Of a stretch of 64,000 bases of DNA, positions 17,310 to 34,158 are shown in pieces. Numbering within the stretch: position 1 is the first letter of the stretch; the number at the start of each line of letters is the position of its first letter. The DNA is from the human T2T-CHM13v2.0 reference genome, Homo sapiens. Under the pieces are notes generated by a model. The model made no database searches. It saw only the letters and a program-made list of their open reading frames with translations, and was not told where the DNA came from. Where the stretch lies: assembly GCF_009914755.1 (NCBI RefSeq), contig NC_060932.1; one strand, written 5' to 3'. A program made the translations under genes and the position numbers.

Positions 17310-18626
17310 TAATTTGCCAGGGCTGCAATAATAAAGTACCACAGACTGGGTAGTTTAAACAACAGACATTTATTTTCTCACTGTTGGAGGCTGAAAGTCC
17401 AACAGTAAGGTGTCAACAGGTTCAGTTTTTTCTGAGATCTCCTGAAGGAGTGGCCTGCCCCTCCACACCGGTAGGTATATCTCGTCAGGTGGGACAAGAG
17501 ACTGAGAAAAGAAATTAAGACACAGAGACAAAGTATAGAGTTAGAACAGTGGGCCCAGGAGACTGGCGCTCAGCATATGGAGGACCTGCACCGGCACCGG
17601 TTTCTGAGTTCCCTCAGTATTTATAACTATTTTCACTATCTCGGCAAGAGGAATGTGTCAGGAGAGCAGGGTGATAGTGGGGAGAAGGTCAGCAAGAAAA
17701 CATGTGAGCAAAGGAATCTGTGTCACAAATAAGTTCAAGGGAAGGTACTATGCCTGGATGTGCACGTAGGCCGGATTTATGCTTCTCTCCACCCAAACAT
17801 CTCAATAAAGAATAACAAAGCAGCATTGCTGCCAACATGTCTCCCCTCCCTTCCTCTTTTACTAATCCTCCTCAGCACAGACCATTCATGGGTGTCGGGC
17901 TGGGGGATGGTCAGGTCTTTCCCATCCCACGAGGCCATATTTCAGACTATCACATGGGGAGAAACCTTGGACAATACCCAGCTTTCCAGGGCAGAGGTCC
18001 CTTAGGCTTTCCGCAGTGCATTGTGCCCCTGGTTTATCGAGACTGGAGAATGGTGATGACTTTTACCAAGCATACTGCCTGTAAACATTTTTTTAACAAT
18101 GCACATCCTGCACAGCCCTAGATCCCTTAAACCATGATTCCATGCAACATGTGTTTTTGTGAGCTCAAGGTTGGGGCAAAGTTACAGATTAACAGCATCT
18201 CAGGGCAAAGCAGTTGTTCAGGGTACAGGTCAAAATGGAGTTTCTTATGTCTTCCCTTTCTACGTAGACACAGTAACAGTCTGATCTCTCTTTCTTTTCC
18301 CTACAGTCTCCCTCATTGGCTTGCAGATGGCCCATTCTCCCTGTGTCCTCACACAGAAGTGTTAGGATTATAGGCGTGAGCTGCCACTGCACCGTATCTA
18401 GTTTTTTTATATAAACTTTACAATTCACTTGTCAATTTCTATTCTGTGTCTGTGTCCTAATTGTCTGATTTTAGAGGGATGCCAGTCATATTGGATGAGG
18501 GCCCATGCTAATGACCTCGTTTAACCTTAATTACATCTTTAAAGCCCTTTCTCCAAATATAGTCACATTCTGAGGTACTGGGGGTTAGGATATGAATTTT
18601 AGGGGAATACTACTCAGCCCATAACA
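17310..18626 (-). mobile_element. MLT1-family (MaLR) LTR split by the LTR5 insertion
   Basis: 'ccagggctgcaataataaagtaccacagactgggtagtttaaacaacag' ... 'ccaaatatagtcacattctgaggtactgggggttagg'; boundaries approximate. Confidence 0.75.
17443..18305 (-). mobile_element. HERV-K(HML-2) solo LTR (LTR5A/LTR5B-like)
   Basis: Minus strand begins TGTAGGGAAAAGAAAGAGAGATCAGACTGTTACTGTGTC and ends ...GGGGCAGGCCACTCCTTCA; 6-bp TSD with one mismatch (atctcc / gtctcc). Confidence 0.9.
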
Positions 18627-18772
18627 TCTATATACGAAAATATTAACTAGGTATTTTTAAAATATGGAGAGTTTTTTCGTGATTTTTTTATAAAAATGCT
18701 TTTAAGTTGGGCCTGGCGGCTCATGTCTATAATCCCAGCACTTTGGGAGGCCGAGGTAGGTGGATCACTTCA

Positions 18773-18979
<207 letters not shown>

Positions 18980-19425
18980 TCAATAAATAAATAAATAAAT
19001 TAAATAAATAAATAAATGTATGTTTTTAAGGCTGCACATTAAACTACCTCAAATAAAATAATAAAATTATAATTGATTGTCATTATTACTAATGAGTTTT
19101 GCCCCAAGCAAGTTTCTGAAAAGGGTCCAAATAGCTCATCCCTTTGAAGCAGATTCTGAGTTGGAAAATCTGTTAACAGTTGCTTCCTCCATAACAAACA
19201 TAAAAGAACAGCATGGATCCAGATCTCCCCCAGCCATTTGGGGAGAAATAGAAGAATAAGAACTATCATAAGACTGCATGTGCATAAGATGTTACATGAT
19301 ACTCTTTTAGTTGTAAAATATAAAGAGGGCAAAATGTAAATGGTCGCTTAATAAGTTGTATGTATTTGTATATGCATATATATATATATGTATATATTTT
19401 TTAACTCTGGTAACAAAATACATAA

Positions 19426-19786
<361 letters not shown>

Positions 19787-20331
19787 TAAATTATTAAGTG
19801 TACACTTCAGTATTGTTATATACCCGCGTAATTCTATACAGCAGATCTCTAGAACTTTTTCATCTCGCATGACAAACTCTACTCCCATTCCCCCTGCTCC
19901 CAGCCCCTGGCAGCCACCATTCTACTCTGTTTCTGTAAGTCTGACTCCTCTAGGTACCTCCTATGGAATCATATAGCGTTTGTTCTTCTGGGACTGGTTG
20001 ATAAGCTATATATTGTTTACTGATTCCCATCCCCTTTTATCTCAGGAGCCTTGAAACTACATTTACTCGATTCTCTTACCTCCAGGGTTCTGTGTTTCAT
20101 CTACATATTGTGTTTTGTGTGTTTTGTTGTTTATTGTTTTTGGGGTTTTGTTTTTGTTTTTGTTTTTGTTTTTGTTTTTTTTGAGATGGACTCTCACTCT
20201 GTCGCCCAGGCTGGAGTGCCGTGGCTCCATCTTGGTTCACCACAACCTTGGCCTCCTGGGTTCAAGTGATTCTCCTGCCTCAGCCTCCCAAGTAGCTGGG
20301 ATTACAGGCACCCGCCACCACGCCAGGCTAA

Positions 20332-20475
<144 letters not shown>

Positions 20476-20917
20476 TAATAAAATAAACTCATGAGATGAC
20501 TTGGAAACCTGAAGGAAAGCAAAAGACATCCTTCCTCTGCCAGCAGTGGTATGTGGGCTTTGGTGTGTTTTTTCTGGGGCTGACAAGACTCTATTGCACT
20601 GCTTTTTACCCAATGCAGGGATGTGTGATTCTGGCAGTGGTTTCTTGGCCTCTGGATGGCAGTAGAAATGTCCTGGCCTCTGGATTAGGGGTGTGGGGTC
20701 TAACAGGAAAGCTGGTGGAGAGCTCCTTACCTTCTGCTCCCCTAAGCATTCCAGTGATTTCTTTTTTGTTTTCTTTTTATCTTTAAAAAAAAAATTAGGC
20801 TGGCACAGTGGCTCACCCCTGTAATCCTAGCACTTTGGGAGGCCAAGGTGGGCAAATCACTTGAAGTCAGGAGTTCGAGACCAGCCTGGCCAACATGGTA
20901 AAACCCCATCTCTACTA

Positions 20918-21094
<177 letters not shown>

Positions 21095-21369
21095 TTAACT
21101 TTAGGTGTCAAGGTAATTCAATGTGGAAAGAATCACCTCTTCCAGATGATTCTGCTGGGATAACTAGATATCCACATGCAAAGGAATGAAATTGGACCCC
21201 TACTTCACTCTATATTCAAAAATCACTCAAAATTTTTATGTAGAGTCAGGGTGTCACTATGTTGACCAGGCTAGTCTCAAACTCCTGTCCTCAAGCAATC
21301 CTCCCACCTCAGCCTCCCAAAGTACTGGGATTATTGGCCTGTACCACTTCACCCAGTCTAGTATTTTCA

Positions 21370-21790
<421 letters not shown>

Positions 21791-24700
21791 TTACCTATTG
21801 CAGCATAGCAAACCACCCAAAACCTATTGACTTAAACCAATAATCATTGGTTCAGCTCACAAATCTGTAATTTGGTCCCGTCTTAACAGTACGTGTTTGT
21901 CTGCTCCACATGGTGTCAGCTGGGGGTTGGTGGATCATCTCCCAAGATGGTTCACTTACATAGCTGGCAATTGGTGCTGGATGTCTAAATGGGAGCTCAG
22001 CTAGTATGAAGGCCAGGGGTCTCTGCTCCTCTCCATATAAAACTCTGCCTCTCCATGGCAATGTGGCTTTCTTACATCCATTCCAAGAGTGTGAATCATC
22101 CCAAGAAAACCAGTCAGAAGTGTATGGATATTTTATGACCTACCTTAGAAGTCACGAAGCATCACTTCTGCCATACTCTAGTGGTCAACCCAGTTGTGTA
22201 AATGTCCCCCCAGGTTCAAGGGGAATGACCGTAGACCATTCAATGGGAAGAGTGTTAATGTTACATTGTAAGAAAAGCATATGGGAGGGAATATATTATG
22301 GTGTCCATCTTTGGAAAATGCAATCTGCCACAACAATATTGAGTATTTCAATCAATGAACATGATATATCTCTCAATTTATTGAGGTTTGCAACATCTCT
22401 CAGCAGTGTTTCATAGCTTTCCAAGTACAAGTCTTGCAGTCATTTTACTACATTTATTCCTAAATATGTCAGGTTTTCTCATGTCATACTAGCATTCCTC
22501 TGTTTCGCTCCGTCTCTCTCTCACTCACACACACATACATATACACACATACAAACCTCAAGTATGAAGTATGTTTGCATGGTTCCCATGTCTATACTTA
22601 TTCCTGCTTAGGAAGCTCTATCCAGACCTATCATTTATTCATTTAGTCAAACAATAAATAACATAATTTCAATCAATGAAAAGTAAATGAACCAAATAGA
22701 GCAGAGTGAGGAGATGGGAATGATGGCATGGGAATGGGATTTATTTTAGACAAGGTGTTCCTCTCTGGCAAGATGTCATTTGAACAGAGACATGAATGAT
22801 GTAAAGGAGCAGCATCTCTATCCACAGAGACCTGGGTAAGAACATTCTGGATAGAAGGACAAGCAATTTCAAAGGCTCAAAGGGAGGAATAGGCTTTTTT
22901 TTTTTTTTTCCAGAAGATAGCAAGGCCATTGTACCTGGAGTGCAGTGAAGAAGAAACTACCAAAACACAAAGTTGGTGAGATTGTTAGTCTTATACTAAC
23001 TGTCTTTTATAACCTAATCTCAGAGGTGACATACCATCACTTCTGTCATGTAATATTCATCACACAGACCAACCTTGATTCAATGTGGGATGAAGAAAAT
23101 GCCAGAAGAGGGGATGGGTCACTGGGGCCACAATGATTTTTTGCAGTTTTTGATCTTTTCATTAGGAATTGGGGAATGGAAATTCCTGTATCTGACTTCC
23201 TTCTTCCTTATCTACCCAGTAGTCTCTTGCACACTTGTTTTCATATAAATTTTCAAACCTATAAAAAATAGAATATATTGAACTCCCAATCAACCAGTTT
23301 CAACAATTCTGAACACATGGCTGTTCTGTTTCGTCCATGTATTCTCCATTCTCTCTAACTCAGATTATTTTAAAGCAATCCAAGATTAAATATCATTTAA
23401 TCTGTGAATATCTCTAAAATGTGACCCTTCCTTATTCTTAAGAAAAACCACAGTATGATTATTACACCTGAAAAAGTTAACAATAAAGCTTTACTATCCA
23501 ATTAGTGTTTAAATTTCCCTATAATATTCTTTCAAAGTCGGTTCATTTGAATCAAGATCTAAACAAAGTCCATATATAGTTCATAAATGTAGTTTATTAT
23601 ATAGTTATGTAAATAACTATATAAACAGAAAAAAGTATAAAAATAAAATGTACTTAGGGTCAGCTGCATATTTAAGAAATAGGGAGGAAATTACCTTTGC
23701 TCTTCTCTTCAATCCTAAACAACATGTTCCCTTGAATTCAGGTCATTACCATGAGTGTCATCCATTAGGAGTTAACATAATGTTCTTTCTACAGGGAAAT
23801 GTCATCTAACCTCTAAACAAACAATTTAGAAGCAAAGTTGTGGAAAGCATTCCTTTAGTAAATTGAGAATGCTAGAAAACATCACCTCACATGTCCTCAG
23901 GCTAATGAATCCACCTAAGGCACTCGATGTAACATATCCAGATTGGCCATGAAACTAAACCAAAGTATCACTTGAATCTTATGAACTGCACAAATTCCCT
24001 GCAAGGAAAACATACGTACATAATTATCTCACTTGTTGTAACTTAAAAGGTGTTTCTGAAGAAAAAGGTGCAGCAAGAACCAAGTAAGACAAAAATACTT
24101 CCTTAGAAATAATCTGGCATCTCTAGCTGTTGTTATGATTGTCCCTGGAAACGAGCCAGAACAGATTAATAAGTATCTGACTGTTATGAGCTGCCAAATA
24201 AAGGCTAAGAAATTAAACCTACGATTCAGAAAAGAAAGAGTCAGAGAAGTTAACAGTGTTTTCTTAGTAGGAGAGAACTATTGTCAACTCTCAGTTTTTT
24301 GATGAGCCACAAAAATATCACTTTGTTCTTTTTATACAATAGAAAACAAATGGAAGGAATATAATAGGAAATGCCGGGTGTTTATAAAGAACCTTGAGCA
24401 CTCAGCAGATTTTCTTCCATTGCTTTCTATAAAATTCTTGTTGGATGAATAGAGGCAGATTGGGAGATGGATGCCTTACTTTTTCTGCTTAATGTGTTGA
24501 AAAATTAATAGAACACTTATACAATCATAATGCCTTCAGTTTTAAAATTAAATACTCTAAAAGGAATATTTTATCCACATCCTGTTATGGCGTACTAGGA
24601 AACTTGGGGCCCAGATGGAATTGCTTGGGTCCCACAGTTGGCCTGTGCTAGAACTGGGACAGGGCCAGAACTCCTGCCTCCAGGAGAGGGGTTCAGACTG

Positions 24701-25129
24701 CTTCCCCATGAGATGGCTTTGCTAACATCCGAATCAGCCATTATCAGGAAGAAAATGCTAAAGTAGTCACGGCCATTTTACTCTATAATTTCCTTTGAAA
24801 TGTTTCGGAAATAGATGCATTTAGACATTTGGAAAAAGCTCACATAAAATATAATCACTATCCCTTCACCTGTTAGTACTGAACTCTTAGACTATGGAGA
24901 ATCAAGTTTCCTGAACCATCTCCTATGTTATAAATCTGTGAAGAATCTGTTGTAAGTGATTTGAATGTACTATCTAATAGTTGGCATTCTAATCAGGATA
25001 ATTACTAATGATTGCAATTGGTCATTGCAATGCCCATAATCTATCTATAATCTTGCCTGCCACTCACCTCCTGTTGTGTGGCTCAGTTCCTAACAGGCTG
25101 TGGATCAGCACTGGGAGTCAGAGACCCCT

Positions 25130-25275
25130 AGATTATACCGTATAGCCTAGGTATGTAGTAGGCTAGACCATCCAGCTTTGTGTAAGGCCACTCTATGATG
25201 TTCATACAATGACAAAATAGCCTAACAATGCATCTTTCAGAATGTGTCCCCATATTAAGTGACACATGACTGTAC
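25130..25275 (+). mobile_element. Tigger3/MER7-type DNA transposon 3' fragment
   Basis: 'tatagcctaggtatgtagtaggct...taagtgacacatgactgta' matches the Tigger3 terminus (recall). Confidence 0.65.
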
Positions 25276-25658
25276 CTTCCATTAGGCCCCATCTCCCAAC
25301 ACTGCTGCACGGGGGATTAAGTTTCTAACATTTGAACTTTAGGAGACACGTTCAAACCATACCAACCTCCTTTTCCAAGTCCTCATGGAATTGATGAATC
25401 CAGTATAGATGAATCAACAGACTGAATGTGTATCAGTGAAGCCTTCCTGTGGTTTGCTTTATGAAACTACATAGATAGAAAAAGGCCAAGGTTGGATTGT
25501 CTCCTATGGAAAAGTTTAACTACTTGAGTGGATTGCTAAACCTGGGACATACATTAAAGCCACTGGCTGCCTGTTGATCATGACAACTGTCTACAGATTA
25601 AGAAGGAGGCCAGCCCAGCTTAGTAGCTGCTATGATTCAGAAGGATGGGGCTGCACTA

Positions 25659-26038
<380 letters not shown>

Positions 26039-27412
26039 CTATAAATAATGAAGGCTATAGTTTCTTGCTGCTCTTAGAAAGGCTAATGCTATAGCTTTCT
26101 GCTAAACATTTTCTTATTAACCTTTGCCAGCATCCTGAGCTTGATGGTTTTCATGGCTTAGCTTACCCTCCTCTTAGGGATTTCTTAATCACCAAACTCT
26201 CAGACACTATTTTCAAACAAATGAATGAGATCCCCTGGGGACCTGAAAGAGCTGCCAGACCTCTCAGAGTGATTCGGCTGATGAAAGTGGGAGGCCAGAG
26301 GTCAGGAGGTGTGTGCCCAATGGGCGCTGTTTCCATGGGTTACTGAGCTCTAGTACTTGGTCCACAGAATTGAGTTCACTTGTCCAAGGCTACTGCCTGC
26401 AAGACAGAGACAGCTGGCCCCATCCTTGCATTTGTAAGGATAGGCACGATTCATCAAAATACTATTCTATACTTGGGAGGCAGACGTGGGAGGATCGCTT
26501 GAGCCCAGGAGTTCAATGCTGAAGTGAGCTATGATTGTGCCACTGCATGCCAGCCTAGGTGACAGAGTGAGACCCTGTCTCAAAAAAAAAAAAAAAATAC
26601 ACACACACACACACACGTATATGTATTCTGCTTGGGCCAATAAATGGGCCAGAACAAGACAAAAAGCAGGGGTAACCTGAGGGTTACTTCTAGATCAAGC
26701 AAGAGAAGGAAAACATCAAATCCAGATCTGGAAGTGAGGTCAGAGAACATTAATGAGAGGATATTCCAGAAGGTTCGTGATTGAATTTTTTAAAAAGAGC
26801 GGGTGGGGTGTCAATAACCAGGTACTACCAGTCATGTAGCAAAGGGAATTCAGGAGCAATGGGCAGAGCCTTGGAAGTAATAGAGTGGGTAATGAAGGAT
26901 AGGGAAACTGTTGCCAAATGGGAGGGAGCAGCGGGGGCAGGAGTTGGGAAGTGAATGAGTTAAGATCTAACAAAAAAATCAGAACTGGAAGGAGACACCT
27001 CCTCTCTGTTTCTGCCCATCTTGGATCCGGGCTGTCCTCTGGGCAGACAGATGGCTCCAGTCTACATCTCTGGCTCCAACTTCTTTCCTTAGATCAATTC
27101 CCACAAATCACTTTCTACTGTCCAGAGAAATGTTCTTTCTACTACTGTCCAGAGAAATGAATCATTCTCTACAGAATGCAAATAGAAAAAGAAGGAAGCA
27201 GACGTCCTGGTTTAACCAATCAGAGGAGTAGAAATTACCCCTGGCCATCAGTGGGGAGATAGATTTGGAGGCCAGATTGCATTTTAAAAGGCTTTGTTAA
27301 CCAAGTTCTTTTTTAAATTTAACATTCCTTCATGAGCATTTCCCTCATCATGAAGAGTAGTCACTTAAAAAAATTACGGGGCTGGACACAGTGGCTCACG
27401 GCTATAATCTCA

Positions 27413-27760
<348 letters not shown>

Positions 27761-28291
27761 CTAGACAGCTCCCCAGAAGTGCCCCTATAAAAAGCACTCT
27801 GTTTTTCTTTTTTTTTTTTGAGACAGAGTCTGAAACTATTTTTTGAGGCAGAGTCTCTTTGACTATTCCCAACTCTGGGAAACCCCATTTATCTACTTTG
27901 TCTCCTCTGAGCTACTGAGTATGGTGAGAGAAAGTATAGAACCCTTCTGGTTAAGGCACTACAAGTTTTGGGTTTGTGTGTGTGTTTTTTAATAGAGATG
28001 GCATCTCCCTATGTTGCCCAGGCTGGTCTCAAACTCGAGGGATCAAGAGCTCCTCCTGCTTCAGCCTCCCAAAGTGCTGAGATTACAGGCGTGAGCCACT
28101 GCACCCCACCAAGGCCACTACAAATCCTTGCCATCTCTGTTCATCAAGACCCTCACTGTGTTATGTTCTGAGTGCTAAGATTGGGCTCGTTGTTTGCCTT
28201 CATGTTAATCAGTGATATTGACCTATAACTTTCTAAGTTATCTATAACTTCTAACTTAGTATTATCTTTGCGAAGTTTTAACGATTAAAAG

Positions 28292-28620
28292 TGTATTAGT
28301 CTGTTCTCGTAGTGCTATAAAGAACTACCTGAGGCCGGGAGCGTTGACTCACACCTGTGATCCCAGCACTTCAGGAGGCCAAGGTGGATGGATCACTTGA
28401 GGTCAGGAGTTCAAGACTAGCCTGGCCAACACGGTGAAACCCCGTCTCTGCTAAAAATACAAAAATTAGCTGGGTGTGGTGGCATGTGCCCGTAGTCCCA
28501 GCTACTTGGAAGGGTGAGGCAGGAGAATCGCTTGAACCTAGGAGGCAGAGGTTGCAATGAGCTGAGATCACACCACTGCACACCACTGCACTCCAGCCTG
28601 GGTGACAGAGTGAGACCCTG

Positions 28621-28669
<49 letters not shown>

Positions 28670-29007
28670 GAACTACCTGAGACTGGGTAATTAATAAAGA
28701 AAAGAGGTTTAATTGGCTCACAGTTTTACAGGCTATACAGGAAGCATGGCTGGGGAGGTTTCAGGAAACTTAAAATCGTGGCGGAAGGTGAAGAGGCAGG
28801 AGGCACGTTTTACATGGCTGGAGCAGGAGGAAGAGAAAGAGCGGGAAGGCGTTACGCACTTTTATAAACAACCAGATCATGTGAAAGCTCACTCACTATT
28901 ATGAGAACAGCAAGGGGGAAATCCACCCCCATGATTTAATCGCCTCCCACCAGGCCCCTCTTCCGACACTGGGGATTACAATTCAACATGAGACCCAAAC
29001 CATATCA
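28292..29007 (-). mobile_element. MST/THE1-family solo LTR with nested Alu
   Basis: tgtattagtc...caaaccatatca; 5-bp TSD aaaag (28287-28291, 29008-29012); Alu at 28333-28667 with TSD aaagaactacctga. Confidence 0.85.
28622..28667. repeat. (CA)n microsatellite, ~23 units
   Basis: Uninterrupted CA run occupying the Alu tail position. Confidence 0.95.
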
Positions 29008-29622
29008 AAAAGCTTATTTGCAATTTTACATTTTGAAAATGATGAGAAGGATTGGTTTGGAATACTCAACAAGCTGAGATACCTGTACAGTGTTTTGTAT
29101 GGTGGGATAGATGTCACCCTAGATAAGCAGATGGTTTTACACAGAACACAAATACAAAGTTTGTTTTTTTTTATTTGAACAAGCATGTATTTCTTTTAGT
29201 GAGTACTGGAGTAAAATAGAATTAGCACACCAAACCCAATTTTCATCACTGCCATTGCTTAGAAGAAGGGTAAGTTTTATAAGTAAGTTGAATTAAAGTT
29301 GACTAAAGAAAAATGGTAATTACATAACAGTACAGGTGACCTGCAGATGTGGCAGTAATTTGTAAGTGCTAGTTAAATGACATTGCTACTGCATAATTTA
29401 GAAGTCCTGAAACCTTTCTCTTGTGTATATTAAATCCTAACAGGAAGAAACAGAGGGAGTTATTTAGGATATGCCAAGAAAAAAAGAATCAAACCCACCC
29501 TCAAAGTCATATTAAAATAGTGTTTACTTCCTGTTATTGATCTCTTTGTAAGACATGTTTATGAGTCAGCTGTGTATTTAACAATTATGTAAATAGTTAT
29601 CATGTGGGTTTTTACTTATTAA

Positions 29623-29925
<303 letters not shown>

Positions 29926-30020
29926 TGATCCCATGACCTTGTGATCCGCCCGTCTCGGCCTCCCAAAGTGCTGGGATTACAGGTGTGAGCCACAACGCCC
30001 GGCCCAAAAAATTTTTTTAG

Positions 30021-30254
<234 letters not shown>

Positions 30255-30760
30255 TGAGACAAAGTCTTGCTATGTTGCCCAACCTGGTCTCAAACCCTGG
30301 GCCTCAAGCAATCCTTCCACCTCAGCATTGCAAAGTGCTGGGATTACAGTTATGAGCCACTGCACCTGGCCCAAATTTCCAAATTTAGAAAAAAAAGTTC
30401 AAACCTAATAATGGATATAAGTCTGTAGTCCACATAACAAACCAATATGATAATGAGTTAGGTTTTGTTTTGGTTTTGTGTTGCTAAAGTTCCCATTCCA
30501 GGATCAGGTGGGTCAACTGAACATTCAATTTTGGGGTGTCTATATATAGAGCGTTTGCCATCTGGTTCATAGCACCTTGTGTTTTTATGTATCACTTTAC
30601 TTAATCTTTGCTTCCACATCTAGACTGTAAACCTTAAGGGAAGAAACCACATCTTTTTCCTTTTTGTATCCTCAGTACCAGCAGAATAGCTTGCTAAAGT
30701 AGATACACAAATTCCTACTGCAAGTCACTGGGTATATCCATCCAAAACTTTAGAAAAAAT

Positions 30761-30766
30761 TTTATT
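30761..30766 (-). terminator. candidate MBOAT4 poly(A) signal
   Basis: tttatt on + equals AATAAA on -, ~95 nt past the MBOAT4 stop; usage not verifiable from sequence. Confidence 0.4.
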
Positions 30767-30859
30767 ATGGAAAAGTTCAAATGTATGCATTATCGATGCG
30801 TCATCTGGCACTTTCTAAAATGTTTCCTGGGTGTTTAAGGTGAAAGCCAGGGAAAGATG

Positions 30860-31823
30860 TCAGTTACATTTGTGCTTTCTCTTCGCCAATAGCAAAAGCA
30901 GAATACAGTACACCATGGGAAAGACACTGTTGTACGAATTACAGAGCAACCAGAGAGAGGAGAGGCTCCTGACCTCCACAGCCAGCATGATGTAGGCAAT
31001 GATCAACTGGGTGTGGGCCCAGGTGAGGGTTCTATAGAACAGCCTCATCGGCCAGGATCTGATAAACTCATTGGCAAAGGAGTGAATCAGGTAGTCAGCT
31101 TCCACCATCACGGCCCAGCAAACGAAACCAAACACCTGTCCTGGATGGAGTCCATGCCACCAGGCAGAGAAGGCAAATGTCTGCAACAACGGCCAAGCCC
31201 TGCTGTGCTGGAATACAAGCCGTCGGAGCCATCGAGCTGTGCTTTGGTTCCACTTTCTTGAGAACACAGATATCCTGTGGGTTCTTTCCAGGGTCCAGAT
31301 GTCTGCATCGGGGACATATCCCTCCTCTCCAGGGCTCTGACCAAGCTCAGGCCCAAAGCCCGCTGCGTGGAGGAGGGAGTCGTCCAGGATCCAGTGGGAG
31401 TAGTAGGTGAGCTTGAAAAGCCCAGCTGTGGTCCACACGACATAGATGCACTCGAATTGCTGGCAATCAGTCAGTCCCGCTCCTGCATCCACCACCCTGC
31501 TCACTGCCACGTTTAGGCATTCTAGTCCAAGAATCTGCAGACCCCTCCAGCTCAGAGCCCAGAAAGAGTGTCTGGGATGCAAAGCACTGGACCCTTGAAC
31601 ACGAGCCTGAAATCGCTGGAAGGAGCACAGAGAGCCTCCCAGGAGAGCAGGGAAAAAGAGCAAGTAGCTGAAATAGGGCAGTGCCTTACACACATGCTCA
31701 GACAAAGAGCTCCTGCTCCTGAAGCCTCCAGATGCTGCCTTCACTTTCCCCTCACAAATGTCCAGAGAGAGGGACGTGACCCTCTGGGTCAAGAGCATGA
31801 GAGAAGAAAGAGTGATGCAGAAC
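30860..31823 (-). CDS. MBOAT4: MBOAT4 (ghrelin O-acyltransferase, GOAT) exon 3
   Basis: Acceptor tcttgcag|GTTCTGC on -; 964 nt to TGA. Contains MBOAT motifs RKWNQST (Asn307) and FSAWWHGLH (catalytic His338); C-terminus LAKRKHKCN. Confidence 0.98.
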
Positions 31824-32749
31824 CTGCAAGATAATTTTTTAAAGAACATAAAAACACTCTGTATTTATTCTCTCTCTCTTATTCCAGTCTGTCATACATG
31901 ATCTCGCAGGAAATAGATAGGTCTGTACAGCTAAGATTAATCTCATGGCCTGCAGGACCCCACACAAAATAAATCTTAAAATAAAATAAATCAATCTTAT
32001 TTATTTATTTTTTTATAGACATGGGGTCTCACTATGTTGCCCAGGCTGATCTGAAACTCCTGGGCTTAAGCAATCTGCCTGTCTCGGCCTCCCAGAGTGC
32101 TGGGATTACAGGCATGAGCCACCGCCCCTGGCAATATTTATAGATCTTAAGTATACAGTGGAGCTTAAGTCTAGACTAATATACCCCAAACTTTTAAGAA
32201 TAGTTACCTCTAGGGAATGAAATTAGCGTAAAAAATCTTTCACTTTTTGCGTTGTTTGAATTTTTTGTAATGATCATGTGTGTTTTATAAATAAGCATAT
32301 GTATATCTGTATGAATATGTGTGTATATTTGCATATATATTTTTTGTTTGTTTTAAAGAAAAGGTTAGATGCACACATTTACACGCATGTTCAACTTGAG
32401 AAGCTTCCCAGGGATCTCAGAGATCCATCCCATCTTCCATCCTGAAATCTTCCATCCTGAATAGGAGAATTTGCCTGGGAAATTTTACTTTAACAGCTGA
32501 AGGTTCTTGAATTAATTCAGAACCACACACTACTCCAATTTGAAAGTTGTGGGAATAAAAATGGAATCATGGCTGGGTGCAGTGGGTCCCATCACTTTGG
32601 GAGGCTGACGTGGGTGGAACCCTTGAGCCCAGGAGTTCAAGGCTGCAGTGAGCTATGATTGCACCACTGCACTCCAGCCTACACATCCAAGTGAGACCCT
32701 GTCTCAAAAAAAAAAAAAAAAAAGAAAGAGAAAAGAAAATGAAGTCACT

Positions 32750-34158
<1,409 letters not shown>

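Noticed and set aside
31277-31834. Plus-strand ORFs 31277-31516 and 31568-31834
   Set aside because: They are in exact codon register antisense to MBOAT4, as expected from codon bias, and I identified no supporting splice signals.
31824-31849. N-terminal MFFKKLSC of the 329-aa ORF as an MBOAT4 start
   Set aside because: It lies in intron 2 upstream of the tcttgcag acceptor. The true start is in exon 1 at 43479.
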